Positions 1-8,952 of a stretch of DNA of 44,952 nt are shown here, piece after piece. The position numbers were made by a program, and so were the translations under genes. Position 1 is the first letter of the stretch, and each line of letters opens with the position of its first letter. Origin of the DNA: an uncultured bacterium (GTDB lineage Bacteria; AUK180); assembly GCA_937863565.1 (NCBI GenBank), contig CALMGJ010000031.1:62001-106952 (forward strand), written 5' to 3'. The notes below the pieces were generated by a model, which had not been told where the DNA came from, did no database searches, and was given only the letters and a program-made list of their open reading frames with translations.

Positions 1-1109
1 TCATGCCTTACAAAATCCGTGATGATGACCGCTTCCTCGGCCGGCATGTTCTGGGCCGTGAAATCGAGAACTGCGACAAGTATCTTTTCGATAGGTTTTT
101 CTTTCTTGACAGGCTCCTTCTTTACCGTTACTTCCTTTTTCGGTTTGGGTTTCTTTATTCTCGGGGGTTTCGGCACTTTCGGACCTTTCTCTTTTTTAAC
201 GATAACGTCGGGAGTTAAGTTCGGCAATGAATATCCGTATCCGAGGCTTATGTAATGCTGGCCGCCCGTCTCGCCGGGATCGAAGGCGTAATCAATATCA
301 ACACCTTTATATTTGATCCCGATTCCGGCCATAACAGGCATGCTGAGGTGGTTCTGAATATAGAGATATCCGGCACGGATATACGCAAATTTTACCTGGT
401 ATTCTACGGTCAGGCCTAATGTCAGGCCGTCTCCTGCTCTCTGATTGATCTGCGAGATAAAAAGGCCCGCGCAAAGTGCGTCGTTCAGGAATTTTTTAGA
501 GGCGGAAAAATTGATGCTGTCGAATTCGGAGTAGGCATTCTCTGTTTCGGAACTTACCCCGAGCTTAATATTTTTCATGGAAAGGCCTAAGAGGAAGCCC
601 GATATCCCGTAATTGAGACCGGCGGTTAAAAAGCTCAGTGAATCCTCTGTGGCAGCAACCTCAGTTCCGTTCATATATACGACATTGTTCGCGTAGTTCG
701 TGTACTGAACGCCTAAGAACAATTTTTCCATCGCTTGATATGTAAAACCCAATCCGAATTTCGTGTTCCCGGGGACTTCAAACTCATAATCGAACTCGCC
801 GAGATCATTGTAAATATCGAAAGCGGGATTACTGAAACTCGCAAAATCTAAAAAGAACGACATTCTCCCGTATTTCCCGGACAGTATTCCGGAAAAGACC
901 CCGGCACCGGGGAAAATGCCCGTAAATTGCGTTACCCTGGCATTAAGTGTATTCATGGCCAATCCGGAAAACGAAGGGTTCGTCAGAATGCCTGGAACAG
1001 GATTGGATGCCGAAGCCCAAATATGTGCAGCATCGTAAATGATGAACATATCGGAAGCGCTCAACAGCACGGATGCGGACAAACAAACTAAAAGGATCAA
1101 TTTTTTCAT
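1..1109 (-). CDS. PorV/PorQ-like outer-membrane beta-barrel with Lys/Pro-rich linker and the start of a CsgG/LpoB-like domain (3' end runs off the window)
   Basis: Absent from the ORF track because it has no stop in the window. Manual translation from ATG 1109 (ATGA overlap with upstream stop): signal peptide MKKLILLVCLSASVLLSA, 'GILTNPSF', barrel end 'DIDYAFDPGETGGQHYISLGYGY', linker 'KVPKPPRIKKPKPKKEVTVKKEPVKKEKP', then 'ILVAVLDFTAQNMPAEEAVIITDFVRH'. Confidence 0.7.
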   Translation of the reverse strand, partial: MKKLILLVCLSASVLLSASDMFIIYDAAHIWASASNPVPGILTNPSFSGLAMNTLNARVTQFTGIFPGAGVFSGILSGKYGRMSFFLDFASFSNPAFDIYNDLGEFDYEFEVPGNTKFGLGFTYQAMEKLFLGVQYTNYANNVVYMNGTEVAATEDSLSFLTAGLNYGISGFLLGLSMKNIKLGVSSETENAYSEFDSINFSASKKFLNDALCAGLFISQINQRAGDGLTLGLTVEYQVKFAYIRAGYLYIQNHLSMPVMAGIGIKYKGVDIDYAFDPGETGGQHYISLGYGYSLPNLTPDVIVKKEKGPKVPKPPRIKKPKPKKEVTVKKEPVKKEKPIEKILVAVLDFTAQNMPAEEAVIITDFVRH

Positions 1110-4100
1110 TTCGAACCCCCGTAATAGTACAAGGGTTTCACAGCCGTGCTTCCGTCCGGGAATTTGATATAGATCATGTATCTTCCGTTATAGAACTTGA
1201 ATTGAGTGAGATCGGAGAATCTCTGGACGAGGTCGAAGTCACCTGTCACATCCCACTCGGCTATTTTAAAGCCGTCCGACGTGAACAACTTTACCTTGCA
1301 GCCCGCCGAAAGTCCGTCGATCTTGAATTCATCCGATACCGGGTTCGGATAAATGAAAACGGAATCGGCATCGGCGATAAATACGTTCAGCGCGCTGAAA
1401 TTCTGCCCGACATCGCTTCCCAGGTTGTTCACTGAAGCCGAGGTAGGCGTGAAGGTCCAGTTCGATTTTGCCGGCGTTATCGTATAGTCCCCTGCCGCCT
1501 GAAGATTACTGAATGTGTATTCACCATTGGCATCGGTATATACCGTTGCTGAAGCATCCCCGCTCAAGGTGACCTTCACGCTCTCCAGAGGCAGCAGTGT
1601 CTCGCTGTCCGTGATCGTGCCGTAGATCGAGTATTCGCCCAGGGCTCCTTCGAAATCCGTGCCGGGGGCATCGGCGGTCAGGGTTAAATCGCTGTATGAC
1701 GGCGTGAAATTATAGTAAACGCTCGAAGGCGTGACGGTATAGGATTGTCCTGCGGGGAGATCGCTGAAAATATAGAAACCGGTATCGCTCGTTGTCGTGC
1801 TGTCCGTAGAGGCCCCCGAGAGAGAGACCGTTATCCCCTGAAGCGGGTTCACTCCGTCCGTGACGATGCCGCTTATATCCCAAACATCAAGGGTACCCGT
1901 GAAATCGGCCCATGGTTTATTCGCTTCCAGATCGGCATATGTTCTGCTTATAGGTGTGAAAGCATAGTTCGCCAAAGAAGGCGAGACCGTATAGGTGGCT
2001 CCGGCATCGAGGTCCTTGAAGATGAAATACCCTGTATCGCTCGTAGTCCGGGTGTCTACGAATCCGCCCGACAGGGAAATAAGGACCCCCTGAAGCGGGT
2101 TCACGCCGTCAGTGACGACCCCGCTTATTTCCCACGTATTGAGCGTACCGGTAAGATCTGCGTTCGCGATGCTTGAAGAAAGGTCGGAATACTCCAAAGG
2201 CCCCGTGAACTGCCAGTGCGTTTTGGCGGCAGAGAGCGTATATGTAGCTCCGGCATCAAGTGCTTTGAAGACATAGTATCCCGTATCGCTTGTTGTTGTG
2301 CTGTCCGTTGCGCCGCCTGTAAGGGAGATCGTGACCCCCTGGATCGGGTTCACGCCGTCAGTCGCGACGCCGCCGATATCCCAGGTATTGAGCGTACCCG
2401 TGAAATTAGCCGTCCAGTTGCCCATAAGGCCGTACATGGAATCGCCGGTCGGGTCGAAAGTCCAGTGTGTTTTTGAAGGTGTTACGGTATAATCCCCGCC
2501 TTCCGGGACTGCGGCAAAGATGTAGAACCCCGTATTGCTTGTCGTCGTACTGTCGGTCATATCGCCGGAAAGGGCAACGCTCACGCCCTGAATCGGCGAT
2601 GCCCCGTCCGTGATCACGCCCGAGATCTTCCATGTATTCTGGCCGGCGGAAAAATCCTGCCCGGCCTTGTTCCCGTTCAACTGAACGATCGTTCTTGATG
2701 GCGGTGAAAAAGAGTAGAAGGTCTTGGAAGGCGTCAGAGTGTACGTTGCACCCGCATTAAGGTCTTTGAAAATAAAATATCCCGTATCGCTTGTGCTCGT
2801 ACTGTCCGTCGCAGCGCCCGTAAGTGAGACCGTAACCCCCTGCATCGGGCTCGCGCCCTCGGTGATCACGCCGCTTATGTAATAAGTGTTCAAGGTGCCT
2901 GTGAACATCCCACTGTCCGATTTGTCCCCGGAAAGGTCGGAATAGGTCTTATCGGCGGGAGAGAATGTGTAGAATTCCTTTGAGGGGGTTAGCGTATATG
3001 TTGCGCCTGCATTAAGGTCTTTGAAAATAAAATATCCGGTATCGCTTGTTGTTCTGTTGTCCGGAGCCCCTCCCGTCAATGAAATTAATACTCCCTGCAT
3101 CGGGCTTATCCCGTCCATGACTATGCCGCCAATATCCCAAGTATTAAGAGTGCCGGAAAAATCGGCATTTGCAATATCCGATGAAAGATTGTCGTAAGTG
3201 AAGGGTCCGTTGAAACTCCAATGTGTTTTGCTTGCCGAAAGCGTGTATGTCGCTCCTGCGGGAAGGTCCTTGAAGATAAAATACCCCGTATCGCTCGTTG
3301 TCCTGTCTTCCACCGCTCCTCCGGTCAAGGTTATTAACACACCCTGGACCGGGTTCACTCCGTCTGTGACGACGCCGCTTATATCCCAATATTCGGAGGC
3401 GGCCGGATGATCGAGCAGCCATAGCCCGGATTTATTATCGGCGGCATATATCTTTGAACCTGAAACATAAACTTCCGATAAAGCACCCGGAGTATCATAA
3501 TATCCTGCTTCAGTCGGTGAGACCGGATTCGAGATATCGATGACCCGGAGGCCCGACTGAAAGTCTGAAACATAGGCATAATCCCCCTGGACGAAAACTC
3601 CGTAGGCATTGTCAGGCGTATTGTAGGACCCTACCTCCGAGGGAGATACGGGGTTGGAGACATCTATGATCCTGAGGCCGTATGTTCCGTCACCTACATA
3701 AGCGTAATTCCCCGATACGAACACGGCGGAAGCATAGCCTGACGTATCAAAGTATCCGGTCTCGGAAGGCGCGGACGGATCTGATATGTCTATGATCCTC
3801 AAGCCGTAGGAACCGTCAGCGATATATGCGTAATTCCCGGATACACAGACCGCGCTGCCCGAACCCGGAGTATCCAGAACGCCGATAACCGAGGGCGAAT
3901 CCGGGGAAGATATGTCTATGACCTTGAGGCCCGCATCGGCATCAGCCAAGTAGGCGATAGTCCCCGTATCAGAAATGACCACATCCGTTGCATAATACGT
4001 ATCTACATATCCGGCTTCGGTCATCGCCGAGGGATCGGAGATATCTATGACGCGAATGCCGGGCCCCTGATCGGCGACAAAGGCATGATTTCCGAAAAGG

Positions 4101-5347
4101 GCCACGGACACGGGGTTTCCCCCCGTTTTGAATTTGCCCAGTTCGAAAGGTGCTGCCGGATTCGCGACATTTACGGCTCGCAGGCCGTTAAAAGAATCCG
4201 TGCAGAACGCGATATTCCCGGAAAGCTGCACATCGCTCACATCCCCGGGAAGATCAACGGCGCCCGTCTCCAAAGGCGAGGCCGGATTGGATATATCAAG
4301 TATCCTCAAACCTCTGTATATATCCGCGGCATACGCATATCCGTCCAGAACGAATATACCGCGCGTATTGGCATTGGACATTTCAAAAAATCCTGTCTCG
4401 CCCGGGGAGTACGGATTTGATACGTTCACGACCCTGATGCCCTTCGAACTGTCCGCGACATAGGCATATCCGCTTGAGACATACACGTCATATGCCGAGC
4501 CCGGCGTATTGTACGATCCGGTCTCGACGGGAGTATCCGGAGTAGAGATATCTATCACCCTGAGCCCGGACGCGCCGTCCGCGATATATGCGTAATTCCC
4601 CGATACGAATACTCCTCCCGCTGAACCCGGAGTGTCTATGTGGGCCACGATATTCACCGTATCCGGGATAGAGATGTCCATGATGAAAAGCCCGGTATCG
4701 CTTACTGTCAGATAGGCATGCGAAGCGTATGCATAAACTCCGCCGGACATGCTCGCGCCCGGTACATCGTAGGAGGCCACCTCTACGGGAGAATCCGGAG
4801 TAGAAACATCTATGATCCGTATACCGCCTGAATATGTAGCTACATACGCATAGCTACCGCTCACGGAGACATCGATCGCGCTTCCGGATATATATCCTGC
4901 CTGCACAGGAGCAAGCGGATTCGAGATATCTATGATCTGAACTCCGGATGAATAAAGCGCCACATAAGCATAATTGCCGGAGATGCATATCCCCATGGCA
5001 TTCGTTCCGATCGTATCAAAATACGCTACAGGGACAGGATTCGATTTATTTGAGATATCGACAACGTACATGAAGCCGCCGGCGGCAACGTATGCGTAAT
5101 TCCCCGATACGGCTGCTTCCTCAGGTACTCCTCCGGCAAAGCTACCCAGAAGGTCCACATTAAGGGAATCGGCGTACGGGCCTGCCGCGAAGAAGAAAAG
5201 GAGCATTAAAGAAAGCAGGAAATACCGGATGCATATTCTGTTAATAAAGCCGGGTGAGGATGGAACGGCAGAACCGGAATGAGCGCTTCCGTGAGCTTTT
5301 ACGTGAGCGATTGCGGAAGAACAAAATGGAGTATTGTTTAATTTCAT
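1106..5347 (-). CDS. Large secreted surface protein: 14 LVIVD repeats, 8 carboxypeptidase-regulatory-like (Ig-like) repeats, T9SS type A-like C-terminal sorting domain
   Basis: Repeated 'VSGNYAYVAD..GLRIIDIS.P..P' units; repeated 'W.ISG.VTDG..P.QGV...L.G....TTSDTGYF.F.DL.AG.TYT..PS' units; C-terminus 'VFIYPNPVS...KVKLFTSDG..I...NGRYMIYI'; SD GGGAG upstream of ATG. Confidence 0.85.
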   Translation of the reverse strand: MKLNNTPFCSSAIAHVKAHGSAHSGSAVPSSPGFINRICIRYFLLSLMLLFFFAAGPYADSLNVDLLGSFAGGVPEEAAVSGNYAYVAAGGFMYVVDISNKSNPVPVAYFDTIGTNAMGICISGNYAYVALYSSGVQIIDISNPLAPVQAGYISGSAIDVSVSGSYAYVATYSGGIRIIDVSTPDSPVEVASYDVPGASMSGGVYAYASHAYLTVSDTGLFIMDISIPDTVNIVAHIDTPGSAGGVFVSGNYAYIADGASGLRVIDISTPDTPVETGSYNTPGSAYDVYVSSGYAYVADSSKGIRVVNVSNPYSPGETGFFEMSNANTRGIFVLDGYAYAADIYRGLRILDISNPASPLETGAVDLPGDVSDVQLSGNIAFCTDSFNGLRAVNVANPAAPFELGKFKTGGNPVSVALFGNHAFVADQGPGIRVIDISDPSAMTEAGYVDTYYATDVVISDTGTIAYLADADAGLKVIDISSPDSPSVIGVLDTPGSGSAVCVSGNYAYIADGSYGLRIIDISDPSAPSETGYFDTSGYASAVFVSGNYAYVGDGTYGLRIIDVSNPVSPSEVGSYNTPDNAYGVFVQGDYAYVSDFQSGLRVIDISNPVSPTEAGYYDTPGALSEVYVSGSKIYAADNKSGLWLLDHPAASEYWDISGVVTDGVNPVQGVLITLTGGAVEDRTTSDTGYFIFKDLPAGATYTLSASKTHWSFNGPFTYDNLSSDIANADFSGTLNTWDIGGIVMDGISPMQGVLISLTGGAPDNRTTSDTGYFIFKDLNAGATYTLTPSKEFYTFSPADKTYSDLSGDKSDSGMFTGTLNTYYISGVITEGASPMQGVTVSLTGAATDSTSTSDTGYFIFKDLNAGATYTLTPSKTFYSFSPPSRTIVQLNGNKAGQDFSAGQNTWKISGVITDGASPIQGVSVALSGDMTDSTTTSNTGFYIFAAVPEGGDYTVTPSKTHWTFDPTGDSMYGLMGNWTANFTGTLNTWDIGGVATDGVNPIQGVTISLTGGATDSTTTSDTGYYVFKALDAGATYTLSAAKTHWQFTGPLEYSDLSSSIANADLTGTLNTWEISGVVTDGVNPLQGVLISLSGGFVDTRTTSDTGYFIFKDLDAGATYTVSPSLANYAFTPISRTYADLEANKPWADFTGTLDVWDISGIVTDGVNPLQGITVSLSGASTDSTTTSDTGFYIFSDLPAGQSYTVTPSSVYYNFTPSYSDLTLTADAPGTDFEGALGEYSIYGTITDSETLLPLESVKVTLSGDASATVYTDANGEYTFSNLQAAGDYTITPAKSNWTFTPTSASVNNLGSDVGQNFSALNVFIADADSVFIYPNPVSDEFKIDGLSAGCKVKLFTSDGFKIAEWDVTGDFDLVQRFSDLTQFKFYNGRYMIYIKFPDGSTAVKPLYYYGGSK
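1385..3391 (-). repeat. Eight tandem intragenic repeats of about 83-85 aa (about 250 bp) encoding Ig-like domains
   Basis: Visible in protein and DNA; for example 'gtatcgct(t/c)gt' recurs at about 250 bp intervals. Confidence 0.9.
3410..5130 (-). repeat. Fourteen tandem LVIVD repeats of about 42 aa (probably two 7-bladed beta-propellers)
   Basis: Counted 14 'V.V.G.YAY.AD...GL.I.DIS' units in the translation; boundaries approximate. Confidence 0.85.
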
Positions 5348-5375
5348 TAAAGGACTCCCAAAATTTTTATATTAA

Positions 5376-5404
5376 ATTATATTACTTTTTCCTTTTAATT
5401 TCAA
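5376..5404 (-). promoter_or_regulatory. Sigma-70-type promoter for the LVIVD protein operon
   Basis: TTGAAA-17 nt-TATAAT on the minus strand, upstream of SD GGGAG and ATG 5347. Confidence 0.75.
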
Positions 5405-5450
5405 ATACATTATGAAGCAACTGCGATTTTCCTTACTAAATTGCGGTAGA

Positions 5451-6527
5451 TCAGATCTTGAGAGTGATGAAAAGCGCGGTAAAAAGGATATTTCCGGCCC
5501 AGGCCGCAAGCACCGGGGGTAGAATTCCCGAATTCCCGAGAGTATAAGAGAATCTGTATATCGTTACATATAGGGCTATTATTATCAGACTTAGTCCGAG
5601 CATTCTTCCCATGTTCTCCTTTTTCGTTTTTAAGGCGATCGAAAAACCGAGCATCGAAATGAGCAAGAGAAAGAACGGATAAGCTCTTCTATTCTCTTTT
5701 TCAACGCTGAACCTTGTCGGTGTTTTACCGAGGGCTCTGATATTCTCTATAGTATCACCGAGTTCGGATGATGTCATCGTATCGGGCTTCATCCGCAATG
5801 TATTGAAGAGCGAAGGGTCGATGGAAAGCGGAAAGAAACGCCTCGGATAGAAATTATACTGCGCCAGGCCGGCATTCTGCCGGAAAGTCCTTATCTCGAC
5901 CTCTTTGAAATCCCAATTCCCTTCTCCCTGATAATTGGCTTCGAAAGCATCTATTCTTTTCTTCAGTATATTTTTTTCATCTAGGATTATTATGACCGGC
6001 CGCAGCATCACCTTCCTTTTTGCATTGTAATAGTCCGAAAAAAGATACATCCTCTCGTTCTTTTCGGAAATGATCCCGAGATTTGTCTTACCCAGCTCGG
6101 AGAACCAGTTGCTGTGGCCGCGCAGGTCGATCCTGTATATCCTTTCCGCTTTAGCTTTATAATGCGGGGAGAAGAAATTCGCATTGAAATACGACAGCAG
6201 CGAAATGAGCAGTATGAAGACGAAAGCAGGATAAAGCGTTCTTACAGGTTTTATTCCGGAGATCTCGATTATGATAAGTTCGTTCTGGCGGCCTAAGTTC
6301 CCGATCGAAAGAAGCACCGAGAAGAAAATGATGAAAGGCGCAAGCTGATTGAATATCTCGGGGAAGGAATATGCGTAGTAGAGTGCGATCTTCACAAATG
6401 AAGTATCCTGAAGCCTGCTGAACTTCTCCACAAAATTACCTATCACGAAAACAAGGTAGAAAGAGAAGGTGATGATAAAGAAGTATTTTAAAAATTCCTT
6501 GAGAAGGTATCTTTGAAGGATCTTCAT
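5451..6527 (-). CDS. lptG: LptF/LptG family LPS export permease
   Basis: 'MKILQRYLLKEF' start, 3+3 TM layout, 'L.RQNELII...SGI', C-terminal 'LPPVLAAWAGNILF'; LptF versus LptG assignment is tentative. Confidence 0.8.
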   Translation of the reverse strand: MKILQRYLLKEFLKYFFIITFSFYLVFVIGNFVEKFSRLQDTSFVKIALYYAYSFPEIFNQLAPFIIFFSVLLSIGNLGRQNELIIIEISGIKPVRTLYPAFVFILLISLLSYFNANFFSPHYKAKAERIYRIDLRGHSNWFSELGKTNLGIISEKNERMYLFSDYYNAKRKVMLRPVIIILDEKNILKKRIDAFEANYQGEGNWDFKEVEIRTFRQNAGLAQYNFYPRRFFPLSIDPSLFNTLRMKPDTMTSSELGDTIENIRALGKTPTRFSVEKENRRAYPFFLLLISMLGFSIALKTKKENMGRMLGLSLIIIALYVTIYRFSYTLGNSGILPPVLAAWAGNILFTALFITLKI

Positions 6528-7201
6528 ATTTTTTCCAGAAGGCCGAAATGAAGACGGTAGCTTTCATCTGCCTCTGAAGCGAATTCCCGGTTATGAGTAA
6601 CCAGAAGGAGCGAATGCTCATATTTTCCCGTAATGTCGAGAAGCATCCTGAACACCTTCTCCGCATTCTCGTTATCAAGTTCTCCGGTAGGCTCATCGGC
6701 GAAGATGATCCTCGGTGAATTAACAAGTGCCCTCGCTATGGCCACTCTTTGCAATTCCCCGCCGGAAAGCTGATTGGGATAATGGTCCTTTCTGGCGTAT
6801 AAGCCTACCTCTTCAAGAAGAAGTCCGGCTCTTTCCCTGTCCTCTTTCGGGTTTTTGATCATCGAAGGAAGAAGAATATTCTCGAAGGCCGTGAGCTCTT
6901 TTATAAGATAGTGGAATTGGAAAATAAAACCGAAATTGGTATTGCGAAGTTCGGACTGCTCCGCATCGCTCAATTCTCTGAGGAGTTTTCCGTTGAAACT
7001 CACATCGCCCCGTGTCGGTGAATCAAGGCCTCCGGCGATATGTAAAAGTGTTGATTTCCCGGAACCTGAAATCCCGGTGATGCTGACAAACTTCCCTCGC
7101 GCGATCTCAAGATCTATGCCTTTCAGAACCTCGAGCTCTTCCTTGCCCGCAACAGGGAAACTTCTAACTATGCCTTTCAGGGCAAGCATCGCTTCATTCA
7201 T
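6524..7201 (-). CDS. lolD: Lipoprotein-releasing ABC transporter ATP-binding subunit
   Basis: Walker A GISGSGKST, 'GFIFQFHYL', LSGGELQRVAIARAL, ADEPTG.LD; likely start ATG 7201 overlapping the lolC end. Confidence 0.9.
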   Translation of the reverse strand: MNEAMLALKGIVRSFPVAGKEELEVLKGIDLEIARGKFVSITGISGSGKSTLLHIAGGLDSPTRGDVSFNGKLLRELSDAEQSELRNTNFGFIFQFHYLIKELTAFENILLPSMIKNPKEDRERAGLLLEEVGLYARKDHYPNQLSGGELQRVAIARALVNSPRIIFADEPTGELDNENAEKVFRMLLDITGKYEHSLLLVTHNREFASEADESYRLHFGLLEKI

Positions 7202-8414
7202 GTCTGATAGCCTTAATAGGATCGATCCGGCTGGCCCATGATGCAGGAAGCAGAGAAAAAACAAGGCTGATCGCCATAGCGCCCGCAATGATCACCAGAA
7301 TGTCCGGCAAGACCTTCAGACGCACGGGGAGGACATCGAGGTAATATACAACGCCGCCGCCAGGTATCCGAATATTCAGAACATCAATAAGGACCACAGT
7401 GATGATGCCCGCAAAAGCCCCTATTGCGGTTCCGATAGCACCGATATAAGCGCCCTGCAGAAGGAATATCCTTTTGATGCCGCTCGAACGTGAACCCAGC
7501 GCACGGAGGATGCCGATCTCCTTTCTTTTTTCCTGCACAAGCATCACGATCGTGTTGATGATATTTATCCCCGCAACGAAAATGATCATGAAAAGGATCA
7601 ATCCCATTACGAATTTCTCGGTTTTAAGAGCAGTGAACAGATTGTGGTTCATATCGATCCAATCCCTCATATAATGGCCCGGGGACAGCAGAGGACTTAT
7701 CATGTCCATATATCGCCTTGTAGCATAGATATCTTTGATCTTCACATATAAGGACGTCGCCGTTCCCTTCCCTGTATCGAACAGGTCATTAAAGTCTTCA
7801 AGGTCCGCATAGATGAAGGATTTATCATACTCGTACATTCCTGTCTTGATCACGCCCTTGATAGTGAGTTCCACTGTTTTAGGGACCATGGCACCGGACG
7901 GGGTCACCTTCACATTGGGGGAAATGAGGGTGATCTTGTCATTGATCCCGGCAGAGAGTTCTAAAGCGAGCTCGCTTCCAATCACAGCGCCGCCATCCTT
8001 GATATCTCGGGGTTCGCCGATGATAAGATATTTACCGAAATCGGTGACCGTGTCTATGCTCTCGGGATCTATGCCGAAAAGGATCCCGCCGCCGACCGAA
8101 TCCCCGTCCCTGATCATGATCTCGCTCGAAGAAACGGGGGAGGCGCCGAGTATACCGGGCAGTTTCTTGATCCTTTCCGCAGTCCCGAAAGGGTCTTTGA
8201 TCCCGCCGTACATCGAACTGATATAGATATGCGCCTTCGTCCCGATGACCTTTTCCGTAAGGTCCTCCGTGAACCCGTTCATAACTGAAAGCACAACTAT
8301 TAATGAGAATACGCCGACGGCTATGCCGATCACCGAAATGAAAGAAATGAAAGAGAGAAAGCCTCCCTTCTTGCTTTTATAGAAACGCCCGGCCAGAAAG
8401 TTCTGATATCGCAT
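7194..8414 (-). CDS. lolC: Lipoprotein-releasing ABC transporter permease (LolC/LolE family)
   Basis: 'ISVIGIAVGVFSLIVVLSVMNGF', 'EKRKEIGILRALG', 'PASWASRIDPIKAIRHE'; likely start ATG 8414. Confidence 0.9.
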   Translation of the reverse strand: MRYQNFLAGRFYKSKKGGFLSFISFISVIGIAVGVFSLIVVLSVMNGFTEDLTEKVIGTKAHIYISSMYGGIKDPFGTAERIKKLPGILGASPVSSSEIMIRDGDSVGGGILFGIDPESIDTVTDFGKYLIIGEPRDIKDGGAVIGSELALELSAGINDKITLISPNVKVTPSGAMVPKTVELTIKGVIKTGMYEYDKSFIYADLEDFNDLFDTGKGTATSLYVKIKDIYATRRYMDMISPLLSPGHYMRDWIDMNHNLFTALKTEKFVMGLILFMIIFVAGINIINTIVMLVQEKRKEIGILRALGSRSSGIKRIFLLQGAYIGAIGTAIGAFAGIITVVLIDVLNIRIPGGGVVYYLDVLPVRLKVLPDILVIIAGAMAISLVFSLLPASWASRIDPIKAIRHE

Positions 8415-8952
8415 AGTAGAATCCGAGATTGAGCACAAGGGCAGCGAAAAGAGAAAAAACGGTCTTTCCCGCATTTATATTCAGAGGACGGACATCGAAA
8501 CCCTTTGCAAGAACTTCATCTGTGAAATTCCTGAAAGCTTCGTCAAAGTCTTTTATATCATATTTTCTCCTCTTACCGAAATTCCGGGGGACATGATCGC
8601 TGAAGAAAATGAAGAACAGTCCGAGCATGGTAAGCCACTTCGAACCCGGACGGCTGAAGAGTAGGTCCTTCACGAAGCTGCGGTCATATATATTGAACGC
8701 CGAGACGGAAAGAAGGATGGAGCCTAACACGGTCAGCGAGAATCCGAGAGCACTGCCGGAAAAAGGGAAGATGACAAGATATGAAACTGCGGAGGCGGAG
8801 CATGCGAACAAGAATGTTTTTGCTTTGTTCTTCTTTTTCATCGCCGCAAAAACGCAAAAAGAGAAGATCACGATCGCGACCTTCAGATGAAGCGGAAGTA
8901 TGTTCAGTGCGAAAACGGATATCAGAAGCGAAAAGAAGTAGAAGTCCCTCAT
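8377..8952 (-). CDS. Hypothetical integral membrane protein
   Basis: About 5-6 hydrophobic segments; ATGA overlap with asd and overlap into lolC; no family recognised. Confidence 0.65.
   Translation of the reverse strand: MRDFYFFSLLISVFALNILPLHLKVAIVIFSFCVFAAMKKKNKAKTFLFACSASAVSYLVIFPFSGSALGFSLTVLGSILLSVSAFNIYDRSFVKDLLFSRPGSKWLTMLGLFFIFFSDHVPRNFGKRRKYDIKDFDEAFRNFTDEVLAKGFDVRPLNINAGKTVFSLFAALVLNLGFYYAISELSGRAFL

Noticed and set aside
1385-5130. Repeated DNA resembling a CRISPR array or DGR template/variable repeats
   Set aside because: The repeats are in-frame protein domain repeats with general divergence. No spacers, cas genes, reverse transcriptase or adenine-specific variation were seen.
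5421-5446. Imperfect inverted repeat after lptG as a terminator
   Set aside because: The stem is mismatched on the transcribed (minus) strand and there is no clear U tract.
8377-8952. EcfT/CbiQ assignment for the membrane protein
   Set aside because: The conserved Ala-Arg-Gly coupling motifs are not clearly present, and no ECF ATPase is adjacent.
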